A stretch of 63,163 nt of DNA, the filler included, from Rhabdomonas costata (taxonomy: Eukaryota): NCBI GenBank assembly GCA_019059605.1. It is 38 parts of 38 records of this genome, joined end to end, with 100 filler letters (N's around TTAATTAATTAA, not from the genome) between each part and the next. Parts side by side here need not be neighbours in the genome. Positions count along the whole stretch, not along the records: positions 48,287 to 49,850 come from JAHMHO010012966.1; positions 49,951 to 51,516 come from JAHMHO010012967.1; positions 51,617 to 53,180 come from JAHMHO010012968.1; positions 53,281 to 54,844 come from JAHMHO010012969.1; positions 54,945 to 56,508 come from JAHMHO010012970.1; positions 56,609 to 58,172 come from JAHMHO010012971.1; positions 58,273 to 59,836 come from JAHMHO010012972.1; positions 59,937 to 61,500 come from JAHMHO010012973.1; 30 more parts are not named here. One strand, 5' to 3'. The notes under the pieces were generated by a model. That model did no database searches. It saw nothing but the letters and a program-made list of their open reading frames with translations, and was not told the origin of the DNA. Position 1 is the stretch's first letter. Each line of letters begins with the position of its first letter. Position numbers and translations under genes: made by a program. Below are positions 48,560 to 61,490 of the stretch, in pieces.

Positions 48560-50344
48560 GTGCGGAACGCTCTCTTCTCTGTGTTCTTCCCTTTCTTTGG
48601 ATGTGTTTTTCCCCTGCAATCCTGAAGGGGGGGAGGAAGCTTGTCTTGGGGTGGAGTTCTGGTTTTGTGTGGATCTTTGTGGACCTCCCGGCGCCTGTGC
48701 GAAAAGCTTTTGGGTCACCGGTTACTATATGCAAATACCAAATACTTTGACCCAGTTCCTCATCTCTTTGTATAGGGACATTAGTAGTATCGGGGGGAGC
48801 GGCGGTTTTATACGTTTCGCACTGCTCAACGTTTTTTGTTGGCTTTTTGCAGATGTTTTCGTTGCTGGGCTTCGAATTTGGGGCAAACATTGGAGCCACT
48901 TTTTCGACTTACCCTCCAGTTCTGCGTCCGAGCCTCATGGGCGAACTTGACACTTTCCGTAAGGCTGTCTGCCTCTGGTTTCGCCATGTAGCGCCATCTG
49001 GAGAAACTTTTGACGGGGAAATGAGAAGGCCAGAAATGAGAAAAATGATCACAGACGTTTGTGACGGGTTTGCGGATGCAAGCTGGCCGCAGGCACCTGC
49101 TTCCTGCCTCGGAGTCCCAAACGAAAATACTCTTCCCTGAATTTCTCAGAAGGGCCCCCAGAAGTTGGACGACAAGGACCCAGAGACTGCGACAGGCACG
49201 GACTTCAGCTCCGCGGCTGCCGCAGCGTCCGGTCCACGGCTGGTGCCCGTTGTCAGCTCCCGCGAGGTGTCGCTTTGCTCTTCCAGGGGCTATTCCCTCT
49301 CTCGCTTCCCCCCGTTCCCCGAGACTTCCCTCGCAAACGCCCCTGGACAGATGTGAAGTTGTAGCGAGGGTTCCCTGCGCACTAGGTTGAAGAGGGGCTC
49401 AGCTGCGGCAGTGTCAGGGCTGTTGCGGCAAAGCAGAGGGAAGGTGGTTCTGTGTCGTCGAGGATCTTGTCAGCACCCCCACACACATACACACACGAAG
49501 TTGCTCTGCTTTTGTGTTTTTTTACATAAAAAAATCGTTGAAAAAAACGCGGTTGCTGTTGAAAAAGGGAGTTGTTGTGGCTGCTGCAGCTCCTGTCCAA
49601 TATCCTTATGGCGTGATACGTTGTACGTGGCATAGTACGTTGTCTTCCAGCCGAAGGTATCTCAATAAGGCGATGTACGATGCCGTGGGATCCAAAACGA
49701 AGATGAGATGAAAGTCGGACCACGTTTGGAGAGTGAGGGCTTGTGTCAAGTCTTTGCGCTCGTGTCCGGAGAGACATTGGATAGTGGATAGTGGTGGTGG
49801 GGTGTCATCTTCGGTTTACCGCCACCACCACCACCACCCAAAAAAAACACNNNNNNNNNNNNNNNNNNNNNNNNNNNNNNNNNNNNNNNNNNNNTTAATT
49901 AATTAANNNNNNNNNNNNNNNNNNNNNNNNNNNNNNNNNNNNNNNNNNNNGCCTCTATCTTTTCTGAGGGCCGTACTAAACTCCTCCGGGAGTTCCGGGC
50001 GTAGCACAAAAGAAAGGAGGGAACAGGCAGAGAAATTGCTGTCGCTCATCTCTCTTGGTCAGTTCCTCTGGCAGATACCTGTGAAAAAGACTGGGCTGAG
50101 ACCCCTTGGGATCCCTTCATCTGAGTGCGCGGGGAGCATGTTCAAGGCGGAAGCCTCACTGTCTTGGTCCGGTACAGGGGAACGTGTCTTGAGCTTACAG
50201 AGGAAGATCGTTGGAATTGCCTCCCAATCTCGGTCCATTTGGCATCAGTGCCTCAGGAGTCCCTTCCCCAAACGCACACCGACCTCCGCTGAGGAAGGCG
50301 ATGAGGGTGTGGATGGGGTGTTTTTTGGTTGCATGCGTGCCCAG

Positions 50345-50915
50345 GATAAGATTACGCAGGAGGAACGCCTTTTTGACTTTCGTCGTTCCGACACCCTGCT
50401 GCTGCTTATCGACCGCCGGATGGACCCCGTCACTCCGATTCTCACTCAGGTTCAGGGCCCCAGCACTGCCATCTCACGCAGCTGTTCACTGCCTGCCCTC
50501 GCTCACACACTCACACTCACACAGACATGTCGGCTCGACCATCGAAGGCGCCAGGGGCAGGGCACGCTCCTCCTCTCCCAACAATTATGCAGCCAGCGTG
50601 CTGAAACCTGTCGCTTTTGCGGCTTTTAAATGTCTTTCGTTGTTTGTTTAATCTTTTCTTTTCCGTTTAGAAATAGCCATAAAGACAATCTCTTTGGCCA
50701 GTGTAGTAGTGTCTTATTTCTGGTTTTTGGTGGATGGCTCGGCTAAGTGAGGTTGGGGGGATCCCTGTCTCGGCCGCCTGCCTCAGTGGACCTACCAAGC
50801 CATGATTCACGAGCTGCTAGAGATCAAGAACAACCGAGTGAAGATCGCCCATGCGGAGCCCTCGCCTCCGGGGCCCTCCAATTCCGCCTCCTCCTCCGAT
50901 AAGGCCGAAGACACA
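50345..50915 (+). CDS. VPS45: Sec1/Munc18-family protein Vps45, two internal exons
   Basis: Exon 50345-50449 (DKITQEERLFDFRRSDTLLLLIDRRMDPVTPILTQ) plus exon 50787-50915 (WTYQAMIHELLEIKNNRVKI...). LFDFR...LLI.DRR.DPVTPLL.QWTYQAM.HELL.I.NNRV is characteristic of Vps45. Confidence 0.93.
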
Positions 50916-51924
50916 GTGTGTGCTTGCTTTCTTCTCGTGGGTACCCAATCGATCGCAGTCTCGTCTGATCATAACTGATGGCTGATGACGGAATCTTTGT
51001 TAACTCTGCCGAAGCGCAATACCATTGCTTCCTCCACCGCTGGAACCTTTTCGGTTTTCTTCTCCTCTCTGGTGATGGAGAGCATTTCAGTGGGGTTAGA
51101 TCTCAGGGGAGGAGGGGCGGCTTGGCAGGAGCATGAGGGGAGCTAAACGGACCATTCACCAGAAGGATTCCAGCGCTGGTTTGTCAATGTTTCTGCCAAC
51201 CTCAAATTCTCATCGGTTTTCGAGTTTGTGCATCCGAAGGATCCCTCCAAATTTCATTGACAGTCGCAATATGGCGTTCCACCTTCGGTTTGTTATTGCC
51301 TTGTGCCCTGTCGCTACCGGCTGAAGTCATCGAAAAAGTCTAGAATCACCATATGTGGAACGTTCGGCGGTGAGCCGGTTCCGGTTCCCCACCCCACCGT
51401 TCGCTCCAACGGCACCTCTCGCGAGCACCCGTGGCCAACAGAGCGTGCGCCCGTCAGTCCACAATGGTCACCAACACCCCCTACCCCTTCACAAAACCAA
51501 TAAAATACCCAAAAAANNNNNNNNNNNNNNNNNNNNNNNNNNNNNNNNNNNNNNNNNNNNTTAATTAATTAANNNNNNNNNNNNNNNNNNNNNNNNNNNN
51601 NNNNNNNNNNNNNNNNGGGGGGGGGGGGATTGGTAGCAGTACAATGTTACTGTGGGAGCATTTTAAAGAAAATTTTAAAGAACATTTTAAAGAAAATTTA
51701 AAAAAGAAAAGCCCTCCAAGTCACGTCCCTTCGCCTCTAAAAGTCCTATTCGTCGGGCCAAACCCAACAAGCCATTGGCGAGTACTTAGCCAGCAGTAGT
51801 TTTCAGCAAACTATCATCCAGGGAGCACTGGCAAAGCCTAACCCGCGGGTTTCTTGACGCGGATGCGCCAAGTGAGGGGTGATCGGCAAACCACCCACAA
51901 AACAGGAGCAGGCAAAGTTATGAC

Positions 51925-52840
51925 ATCGACGCACAGCCACTTTAGCCCATTGCCGGACGCACGCTCACTGCATGGCCCCGATAGAGGCTGATTGCCGGTG
52001 AAAATGGCATAAACATTTGGACGACCAGGTTGGATCTCCTCCACCTCCACCTGGTAAACAAAGGACCAAATACCATACCGTAAAAATATTAATAATGGAT
52101 CGAATTGATAATGGATCAACAGTGGAGTCTTTTAGAGGAGAAAAATAAAAGATCAACCAAAAGTGGATCAAGGAAGGTGTCTTCAGACCGGTCCCTTTTG
52201 TCTTTGTAAGAAGGGAATAATTGGTTTTCATATATTGGATCAACTTCCACGGTGATACTGTTGTTATCCATCATTAATACTTTCACAGTAACCATTTCTT
52301 CCTCACAAAGAATGTAAATAATACTTGAGCCAAACTGCAGACGCGCCCACTGTGTCACAACGTTGGCAATTCTGCTCACAAAATGACTCACACGACGGGG
52401 AGCGGCGACATGTGGCGACAAGTTACGGTTTATGGCGATGGCGGAAAAGTGGTGTTGCACCATGTTTCTACTTCAGTTTCTACTCCGCTTTTCTTTTGCA
52501 TTTCCTGGCTGTTCTTCGTCACTTGTTTTGTAGTGCTTCTTCTTTTCCTTCAAAACATTTTCACACTTGACCTTGAGCGACTGTTACAACGAATAATTGC
52601 TTCCGAGCGATTCCCAGGAGACTCTGAAGGTGGAAACCTCATCAGAGACACAGACGACGACTGGCAAACCTCCGCTCCAAAGCTTGTGAAAGACTCGCGG
52701 AGCTTCTCTGCCATACGTGCTTCACCGCAGATAGTTTGCTTGATCTCAGCGTCCTGCACGTGGTCCGGATTCACCGAGGGAATGGCAATCAGCTGCTTCA
52801 GGATGGTCTTAATTTCGGACAAAGGAACATCCTCCTCCAT
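51925..52840 (-). CDS. M20 family metallopeptidase (ArgE/DapE-like deacylase), first two exons
   Basis: Exon 52840-52670 (MEEDV...ILKQLIAIPSVNPD...CGEARMAEKLRESFTSFGAE) plus exon 52050-51925 (VEVEEIQPGRPNVYAIF...KWLCVD). Motifs LI.IPSVNP, GE...A and PGRPNV are present; the fragment ends just before the HxD Zn ligand. Confidence 0.85.
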
Positions 52841-55800
52841 TTGCGGGGTGCTGAGTTAGCACGCAAGAAATTCAGAAAGGTGAGAGTAAAAGATGCTTGG
52901 AAAACAAACACACATGACAATCTGACAAAGCAAAAGCTTGCCCCGAAACCGAATTATTCTTTGGACCTTGTTTGCTCGCTCCAAATTTATTGGCAACAAT
53001 GAGATCAAGCAGACTCAAGCAACTCTTTCTCCTCTCACGAGACAGCAGAAACAAGTACTTAGAAACTGACTTTATATGGATTAAAGACTAAGTTTTGAGA
53101 CATTCGCTTCGGGCGCCAGCACATGAGGAGCGGTTCAAATGCACGAATACAATGTCTTTCTAGTGACAACCAACAAACCCNNNNNNNNNNNNNNNNNNNN
53201 NNNNNNNNNNNNNNNNNNNNNNNNTTAATTAATTAANNNNNNNNNNNNNNNNNNNNNNNNNNNNNNNNNNNNNNNNNNNNTGTGGTGGGTGTGTTGCTCA
53301 GTTTGTGTTGGTGCATGCCTGCGTCCAGAATGATCGATCTTCCGGGAGCTGGAATCTTCACCACGCAAGAAGTGAACGTGTACGTCTGTTATGATTTTCC
53401 CCAGCCTTGCGTTCCATCTTCTTGTGCTCCCTCCAACGGCAGGTACTGTTTGCCCTGCGTGTCTCTGTGTGCTGAACCCTCGTGGGTTGGTACCCTGTGT
53501 GGTTTTTGCGTTCAAGTGTGTGTGTGTGTGCGTGCGTGCGTGCATGTTTGCATACATGAGAGGTATTTTTTGCTCGAGGGTTTGGAAGCTTCGGCGTGAG
53601 TTTCCTCCATGTACACCTCGTTATGATTTATCCCTTTGTGTTCCTTTGTGTCCCATCTCATTCTTCTTTTGCATCTCCTTTCCAAATTGCTGTTGAGCAG
53701 GCGATAGGGAGGCAATATGTTTAATCAGAGAAGTGACTGTTTCGTTTTCTGAGATTTATGGAAGCAGCCATCACGCAGCATCTTTTTGTACTGCGTCACG
53801 GTGGCAGCACGCAGTGTGTGACCCCATCGATTGAGTGTCGAGGTGCAACTATTTTTGACAGTCAGGCAGGTTGAAGGGAGACGTGTGGCTTTTTTCTCAG
53901 TTGTTGGGGTGTGATCTCCAGCCGGTACAAGAACTTGCATAGCTCTCTGCACCCCCCCCCCCGAAAGGACGCTTTCATATATATTCCGGTTTAGAAAAGA
54001 AGCGGAAATGTAGTTGGATCTGTGAACAGCCTTCAGGTTGTGGGGGGGGGTTTATCTCGATTGATCCTGAACTCGTGCGTGGAATGGGATGTACAAGAAG
54101 TTTGGTTTTTGCACCCTTGCTGAAGCTTATGACTGTGTTATGACTACTCGATTCGCGCTCTCAAAACAGGTGGAAATGTAAAAGTAATGCCCTGCGGTTG
54201 CCGGACAAGGCATGTATCCCATCCATATTTGGTCGATGAACTGCCTGGATTCCGGCGCGTCGCACGACCGCCCGCTGACGAAACTTGGAAAGCGGAGTGT
54301 TCCGCGGCATCATCCCGATTCATGTGGTTAAGTAGTTTTCATCCGCGCGGCGCCCTGGGGCCAACCTAACGTGAGCTGCTGCCGCACGGGTGCTGCGTGG
54401 GAACCTCTTCCTCTTATCGCCTAATTTCCCCATGCGCAAGCACCTAGCCGCTTGGTTGCCCGTTCCCCTCCTCTACCACACACGCGCGCGCACACACACA
54501 CACAGACACACACAAAAAAAAAGAATACACGCGTGAGAACCGAAGAACCGAAGAAGCCAAACCGGAAAGGAAGGAGAAGTAAGAAGAAACAAACTAGGAG
54601 AACGGCGGCCGACATGAACCCGAAGACCAGGAGACCAAGGCCCAAACCCACCCTTCAAACGGCATCACAACAGTCGCGACCACAACACAGAGAAAGGACC
54701 TACGCAGCACACTAGAAAACACCACCCAATCCCACACCACGACCCGCTGCCGCCACGTAAGGCAACACCCAGAAGAACACAGCAAAAGGCAATGACGTAT
54801 CCAGAAACAAGTACCTACGCACAGCACCATCAGAACCCAACACCNNNNNNNNNNNNNNNNNNNNNNNNNNNNNNNNNNNNNNNNNNNNTTAATTAATTAA
54901 NNNNNNNNNNNNNNNNNNNNNNNNNNNNNNNNNNNNNNNNNNNNGGGGGGGGGGCAGCCCCCTCTATTCGACCAGTTGTGGGAGCACCGCCCGACTCAGC
55001 TGCCTGCCCACAGCCCTTGGCCACCCCTGGAAGGTCCCCACGACGCCGGAGAGAGCCAGGTTGCGCAGCCGCATGTCTCGCAGGCATTTCACCGGCCTCC
55101 GCAAGGCATCGCTGGGTGCAGGACAGCGCGTGAACCTCCTGAATATCCCCCTGAGTGACGCGAGCTTGGCAACGTCCCAGGGGAAAGAGGATTGCCGAAC
55201 CAGCGACGACACAGCACATGTAAAACCAACACCAAGAAGCGCAGCCCCAGTGCTCGGCTAGGAGCAACCAGGCGCCGGCATGAGGTTGGTTTCTCGGTGG
55301 AGCAGAGGTGGCCCCTAACTTCGCGTGGCGCTCACTTACAGGTTTTCTCCTTGAACTTTGCTTCCCAAGGGGTGCCCACTCCTTGGGAGTGAGTGGCTCC
55401 AAGTTTGCGACTCCAGCCAGCCCCACAAACGGGTGACTGGGGTCCATGACGGAGCAAATAAACACAGACAAGAAACATCAACCAAACAGCACGCAGTGGT
55501 GAAAAGGAGGAAACTCGTGGGGCGCGCAGAACGTGGTTTCTGTTTCCGCGCGCAACCATCAGACCAAAATGGTTGACGGAAAGGAACAGAAACCGCATGT
55601 CAGAGCTCCTGTGAGACAGCGCACATTGAACCGGATGGCTTTGTGGCGCCGGGTAGACTGGACTCTTTCAATACCTTCGTCAAATTCCATGTTCAGCGCT
55701 GAGTGGGTTTCCACTTTTCCGCGCATCTTATTGTCTGACTCCCTCGGAAGAAAAAGGATGGGATACTCCTCCAAACGTAAGAGATGTGATCCCAACACTG

Positions 55801-56615
55801 TGGCCTGCCATCCAGTCATCCTTTGGTTCGGAAGACGGTTCTCACTCAGCGCACTTCCGTTTTTGCAGGGTTATTTTGATTTAAATGACAACTGGGGGTT
55901 CTTCCAATACAATGAGGGGGCACGTCTGTGATTCGTTTAAAAAACCCAAAGTAAAAGGGGTGGATGGGTGCCCAACACCGCTTGTACCGCAGCGAGCGGA
56001 CCATGTGTTTCTTTAGGACCATAGGGGATTATAGACTTGGGGGGGGGGGATACATTCGCATCCCTTGTGCGCCGCTTCTTACGCCACGCAGTGGAGGGTT
56101 TACGACAGCACCCACAGCGTACTTTACAAGTAACCACCCACGTAGTCACCCACAAAAAATCACTGTCGCTGCATCCCTGGCGGACCACGTTCAAGGCTGT
56201 TTCCACTGTTTCTACCCGCGGGGCCAGCACCACCTGCCATGCCACAGCATGCGCCAGCGCCTGGCCCACGGCCGTCCACGGAATCCCTCCCCAGTCTTTA
56301 GCGCCCGCTTCCGCCTCCGAGCCGTCACCGCCGCTTGCGCGAAGGGGCGGATGAATGAGACGTTCAGAGAAGAAGGAGAGGAAGAGGTCGGTGGGCACCA
56401 GGTTCGTTCCAAGTTCCAGGTTCGCCCGAAGGCGGCAAGTTGAGGAAACCAGCCGAACACAAAGCGTAGAGACTAGAGTTCGACCGCTGAGGTCGAGCAA
56501 CAAAAAAANNNNNNNNNNNNNNNNNNNNNNNNNNNNNNNNNNNNNNNNNNNNTTAATTAATTAANNNNNNNNNNNNNNNNNNNNNNNNNNNNNNNNNNNN
56601 NNNNNNNNGTTGTTT

Positions 56616-56738
56616 TGTCCCACGACTGCGGCATGCCGGCACCCCAGGCAGCAGTAGAGCTCTTCAGAGTACGGGCAATGTCATCCGCGTCTAGCTCGTC
56701 GATGTCGTCAGGTGCCAGCATGCCGCAGTCGTGGGACA
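56616..56738. repeat. 28-bp inverted repeat (one mismatch) at the contig start (fold-back)
   Basis: Arms 56616-56643 and 56711-56738; it duplicates part of a minus-strand coding exon. Confidence 0.85.
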
Positions 56739-56835
56739 GGAGAATCTTAGAGGCCTTGCTCAGAGCACCGGCAAGGGCACCCTGGAATTCTGACAGCGGG
56801 CGTGTGAGGGAAGCTCCAACCGCGACGGAGCATCC
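56644..56835 (-). CDS. Exon of an unknown protein, divergent from the CLEC16A-like gene
   Basis: After a CAG acceptor: GCSVAVGASLTRPLSEFQGALAGALSKASKILLSHDCGMLAPDDIDELDADDIARTLKSS... Confidence 0.4.
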
Positions 56836-57490
56836 CTGAGGGCTTGAGGCTGCTCGGGGGCCTGGACGGGGCCACTGAGCTCCGAAGGGAGCCAACTCCT
56901 CATGATGCTGGGCGAACCCGCGCTCGAAAAGTACAGGGACTCCGTTCCTCGCGGTCCTCCGCAACAGGGCTGGGCTCCACCGCAAGGCCACCAGCTGGAG
57001 CTATCCATGTTGGGGCCTGCACTTGCACCTTCTGACCCGTGAGAGGATTGTAACCGGGAATTGCAAGGCCTTCAGGGGGTCCGTAAAGGGTTTCTTGAAG
57101 CAGCCGCCATCAGGGGACACAAGATCGAACGAACTTGGGTGAAAACAGCACTCCGGCGAGCCGACCGACTACCCCCTCGAACGGGGTGAGGAGGGTCACC
57201 GAAAAAATGATTAGACTCAGTAATGACTTGCGATTTTGAGCATATTTTCTTTCGTCCCTGCATATTTTCTTTCGCAACTAAGGCTTGCGTACATCGTCCC
57301 GTTTGCACTATCGGCACCCCACTTTATCAGACAGGCTCTGTTCTGAGCTACATTGTGGCTGCCCATCCCTGAATTTGATGTTGTTGTTCTTGCTGTTGTT
57401 CTGAATTTGCAGACCGAGTACACCTGTTCACTTTTCTTAGGATCGTTACAGGGGTCATCCTACCAAGTTTTTTGTGTAACGACTCCATCA

Positions 57491-58169
57491 GCTGCACGCC
57501 AATCTTCAGTCTAGGGCCAGGTATTCTTTGTTTCTCATGGGGTTCTGTGCGGGCTTTTGGTTTCCATTCTTCCCACAAAATTCAAGCAGAATAGTGTACC
57601 ACCAGTGTTCGCTACTTTCACATTTCAAAGAAGACACAACGCCAAAGCCTCGTACTTCAATTGTGTTTGTTTTGCACTCCTCAGTTCAGGTTACCAACCC
57701 ATCGACCAGGTTGTTGAAATCGTGAGGGAAATCACGGAGTTGATGGTCTGGGGTGACCAACATGAACCAAGTCTCTTTGAGTATGCTGTGCAACACGGGA
57801 ACGCAAACTTTTTGGTCACGTGGACATTTGTTGAGGCACCGGTTTTCTTTCTGCAGTGTATTTTTGGAGAAAGGCCTCTTTCGTGCCTTCACAAAAATCC
57901 TTCGAGAAGTGCAGGACAGCAACGTTCACGTCCAGCTAATTCAGTCAATCAGCATGCTTGTCACCAACGTATCACAACAGCAATCCCTTTGTATGTTCCT
58001 TTTGGAATATGACGAATTTTTTTGTTGTGTCCGCTTGCCACTTCTCTCCGCTGTGTTTTTTCTTCAGACTTTTTGTTCTCTGGAAACAACATTAACGCCC
58101 TAGTTACGCACCCGCTTGATTGGTCGGATGACAGCGTGGTGGCGAACTACGTGTCTCTATGCAAAACCC
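57491..58169 (+). CDS. CLEC16A: CLEC16A/TT9/GOP-1 family protein, N-terminal FPL domain (four exons, partial)
   Basis: Exons ~57491-57520, 57685-57780, 57857-57990 and 58068-58169; the last two introns are 76-77 bp GT-AG. They splice to VVEIVREITELMVWGDQHEPSLFDVFLEKGLF...VQLIQSISMLVTNVSQQQSLYFLFSGNNINALVTHPLDWSDDSVVANYVSLCKT, matching the FPL consensus. Confidence 0.9.
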
Positions 58170-60889
58170 ACANNNNNNNNNNNNNNNNNNNNNNNNNNNN
58201 NNNNNNNNNNNNNNNNTTAATTAATTAANNNNNNNNNNNNNNNNNNNNNNNNNNNNNNNNNNNNNNNNNNNNAGGCCTGAGAGCTGAATTTGAACCGGAA
58301 TAGTTGCTGGCCCCGTTTTCGCAAGAAAGGCCCGCGACTTTCCTGTACAGTCAAACCACTGGAGAGATGCCAAAGAAGGCGCGGACCCGTTTCCTGCAGT
58401 TGTTGTGTACGAGACTGACTGTGTGTTGTTGCCGCAGCCCTGCGTTGCCCCCTCCCCCTGTTGTGCTGTAGATATCCTTTCCTGCTTTGGTTTGGTGGGG
58501 GCCCAGTTTCTCAGTGTCGGCCCCCAGTGAGTCGCAGGCCCAGGCTCTTGCCGGCTCTTCTATCTTCATGTACCTTTGGCAGCCGGGTGACCGCTAGTTT
58601 TTAGGTTCCGTGGGCTCTGTGTTTGCAGCCCGTGCCCCCATGTCCAAAATTGTACAATTCATCGCAGCCGTGTACCCATGTACCTACTCCGGTGTGCTGT
58701 ACCACCGCTCACCCGCACCAACGGGAACCGCAGGTGCTCCCGGAAGGGCCGTGATTTAAACCAGAAGTTTGGACATCGTTAGCTGTCCAAAAAAAAAAGA
58801 GGGAGAAGGCCACCGAAAGAATCCATGGCCTGTCCGCAGCCTCGGCAAGGCGAGCGGAGAACGAACGAGTCGAGAACGCCCACTATCTCACTAGGTTAAT
58901 GGTGAACCAACCTTCAACTATCGTTCATACGCCCGTCTGTTTTGCCTCGTTGTATTCTTGCATGCCATTTGATTCTTTTCCGATGAACGAACTGACAAAC
59001 TCATTCTTCTCTGAAGATAAAAAGGGCAAAAAAAAATTCCCAAAGCTTTCTGGTACTGCTTGCCCGAGGGCTGTTTTATATCCAAGACACAGCCCTCCCG
59101 CTGAAATTCCTTCTTGCACCAGCTCCCCAAAAGAGTCAATTTTGACGATAAATGCCCAACTCAAAACTAGCCCAAAATAGGCAAAAAAAAACATAAAAAA
59201 CCATAGGCGTATTGATGCATCTTCCTCTTCAATTTCGTCCCCCGATCCCCGAAAGGTCAATGTTGAGATGGGTGTGTGCGCGTGTGTCCCAACATAGACC
59301 CACAAGGGAAACAGGGGACAAAATTGCAGAATTTTCACCATTTATAATCCTTTTTGAGCTTTCTGCCTAAAACCTGCAGCCTCAGGAAGATGCACCCTCC
59401 TGAGTTTTGTCAACTTTTTAATCAGCTGACAGCCGTTGTTTTGTGTTTTTTGTTCGTTTCTTTTTTACTTTTCGCTGCTTTTCGATCTTGTTGCGTTTAG
59501 TTGCATGCGGGCAATTCCTACGTTGAAAGACCTTATACCTGAGGTGTGCCACCTTCGAAACATTGGTCCCGGTGCCGTTTATTTCTTGACTCAATGGGAA
59601 CTCGGCACTCTCGGGTGGAGCGGGTCTATATCCTCCCAAATGACGGCGCAGACGATGCTCCCCGACGCCCTGGCGCTTCGGCTCCTCCAGTTGTATGTGG
59701 CAGTCGGTATTTTTAAATATATTCCCCTACAGCTAGGATTTGTCTTTCGACGCCTTTGTCTGCTTCTTTTCAGAGCAGTGTGAAAGGTAACGAGACCAAT
59801 GGCCCGCAGCCACCTCCTCAACAGCAATCCTTGCAANNNNNNNNNNNNNNNNNNNNNNNNNNNNNNNNNNNNNNNNNNNNTTAATTAATTAANNNNNNNN
59901 NNNNNNNNNNNNNNNNNNNNNNNNNNNNNNNNNNNNTTGTGTGGGTAATTCAAAGAAAGATGACTTCTTCTAAGAAGAAATTTGACTGCATAGAAGGATG
60001 TTGTTTGCGAGGTTTTCGGTCAGAGTGGTCCTTTTGTTGGATTAAGGTTTTTCTGCAGACGAAAGGGGATGAGAAAATCAAAGGGTTTGGTCTTTGATTT
60101 AATTTGTTCGTGCTTTTGTTGGTGTTGCGTTGTAATTGTGTTGCAATGGAGAAGCGCCGAGGCGAAAGAGCCGCGCAAAACACAGATGGATATAGAAGTG
60201 TGTGAATTGCAGCTATTGAAGTTGTGGTGGTGAACGCTGCTTTGCTTGCACCGTTGCTGCGTAAGTGCTGTGTAAGTCCCAGCCTGCGTGAATGGAGAAG
60301 TGGTAGCCAGAGGGACCACGAGGTGGTCAAAAGGATGAGCTACGGAGAGATATTGCCCGCAGCCCCCTTTGTTTAACGCACACAAGCACCCGAGAAAAAC
60401 CTAAAAGCCTTGCACTCCTGCACCCGTTGCAGCAGCAAACCGGACATTCTCACCACTGACCGAGTAAGACCTCAGGTTCCATCGCACACAGGACTTTGGA
60501 CGCAAGTCAAAGCCGTACCTGTCGTGAGAAAGTCACACTCTTGAAAGCACCTAAGGTAAGCCGGTACAGCGCCCACTTTGCAAAAGCATAGTCGGAATAA
60601 AACTGCTGAACACCGATCCCAGTGGAACCTGCGGCAGACGCCAGGTTACACGTAAGTGTGTAGGTGGCAAGCCGGGCCGTTACACAGCTCACGAATACCC
60701 AAAAGGAAGTGCGACAGAATTTTCCAAAGCGCTCTATTTGGACGCGGTTGTGCGTTTATGGTGTTGTTGTTGTAACGTGGTCATGTTCCATTTTCTCTGA
60801 TTTACTCCGGATAGAGTTCCGCATGGGTGTTACATTTTGCGCCCCTCTTGTTTCCCTCTGCACATCCGCTTCCCGCGTAGCTGTTTCAA

Positions 60890-61490
60890 ACATTGATTGC
60901 GCTAAATATTACTATTTCAAAAGGCGTTTGTGTTTGTTTGTGTGCGTGCGCGCGCTTGACGTACCACATGAACAGGACCAAAAGGGTGGTCCAAGAGTGG
61001 AAAAGACGACCTTCGAGCCCAAGACGCAGATATTATGACCTTTTATATCGAGAAGAACTACGTCAAAGTCGGCGATCGTGGTTCTACGACAAATAAGCTG
61101 CCCTTGGATTTTATGCTGCCGCTCCGATCGCCTGATCTACAGATCGCCAACCTGAAACGTTATTCTTTCGTGTGTGCGCCATGGTACCGTCTTGGGCCAT
61201 GAATGTCCATTGCGGTTCCACGAGATTTAGGCGATTTCTACGGCATGGCAAAGAGGCCACAGCGAAGTGTATTTAGGTTGTGTATCTGGTGGTTTGCGCT
61301 GCAATGGCTGGATGATTTATGCATTTGCCACCGCGCGCGATGGTAAAAGCCATGTTCGCAGAAATACGCGTGTCAGAGCAGCCAGTGTCCGGACAGTCCT
61401 GGATGACCTGATTTCCGGATCGACAACTTAGAAGGTCAGAAAACAACATACTTGATAGATGAGGAGGAAGTCCATTCCAATCAGATTACC
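60890..61490 (+). mobile_element. Decayed Penelope-like reverse transcriptase remnant
   Basis: Frameshifted pieces FYIEKNYVKVGDR/VLRQI/xxLGFYAAAPIA resemble F.L.NNYF.FG..IYRQ..G.PMG...SP.LA. They are followed by RDLGDF (cf. RY.DD). Several frameshifts and stops. Confidence 0.4.

Noticed and set aside
51661..51710. Three to four copies of TTTTAAAGAA(A/C)A
   Set aside because: An ordinary low-complexity minisatellite with no further structure.
12533..52840. argH, the ArgE-like gene, thiD and sqr as a metabolic gene cluster
   Set aside because: They sit on separate contigs joined artificially; there is no linkage information.
54180..54450. GC-rich, potentially structured stretch as an ncRNA gene
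   Set aside because: No recognisable rRNA, tRNA, snRNA or spliced-leader motif; an Infernal search would be needed.
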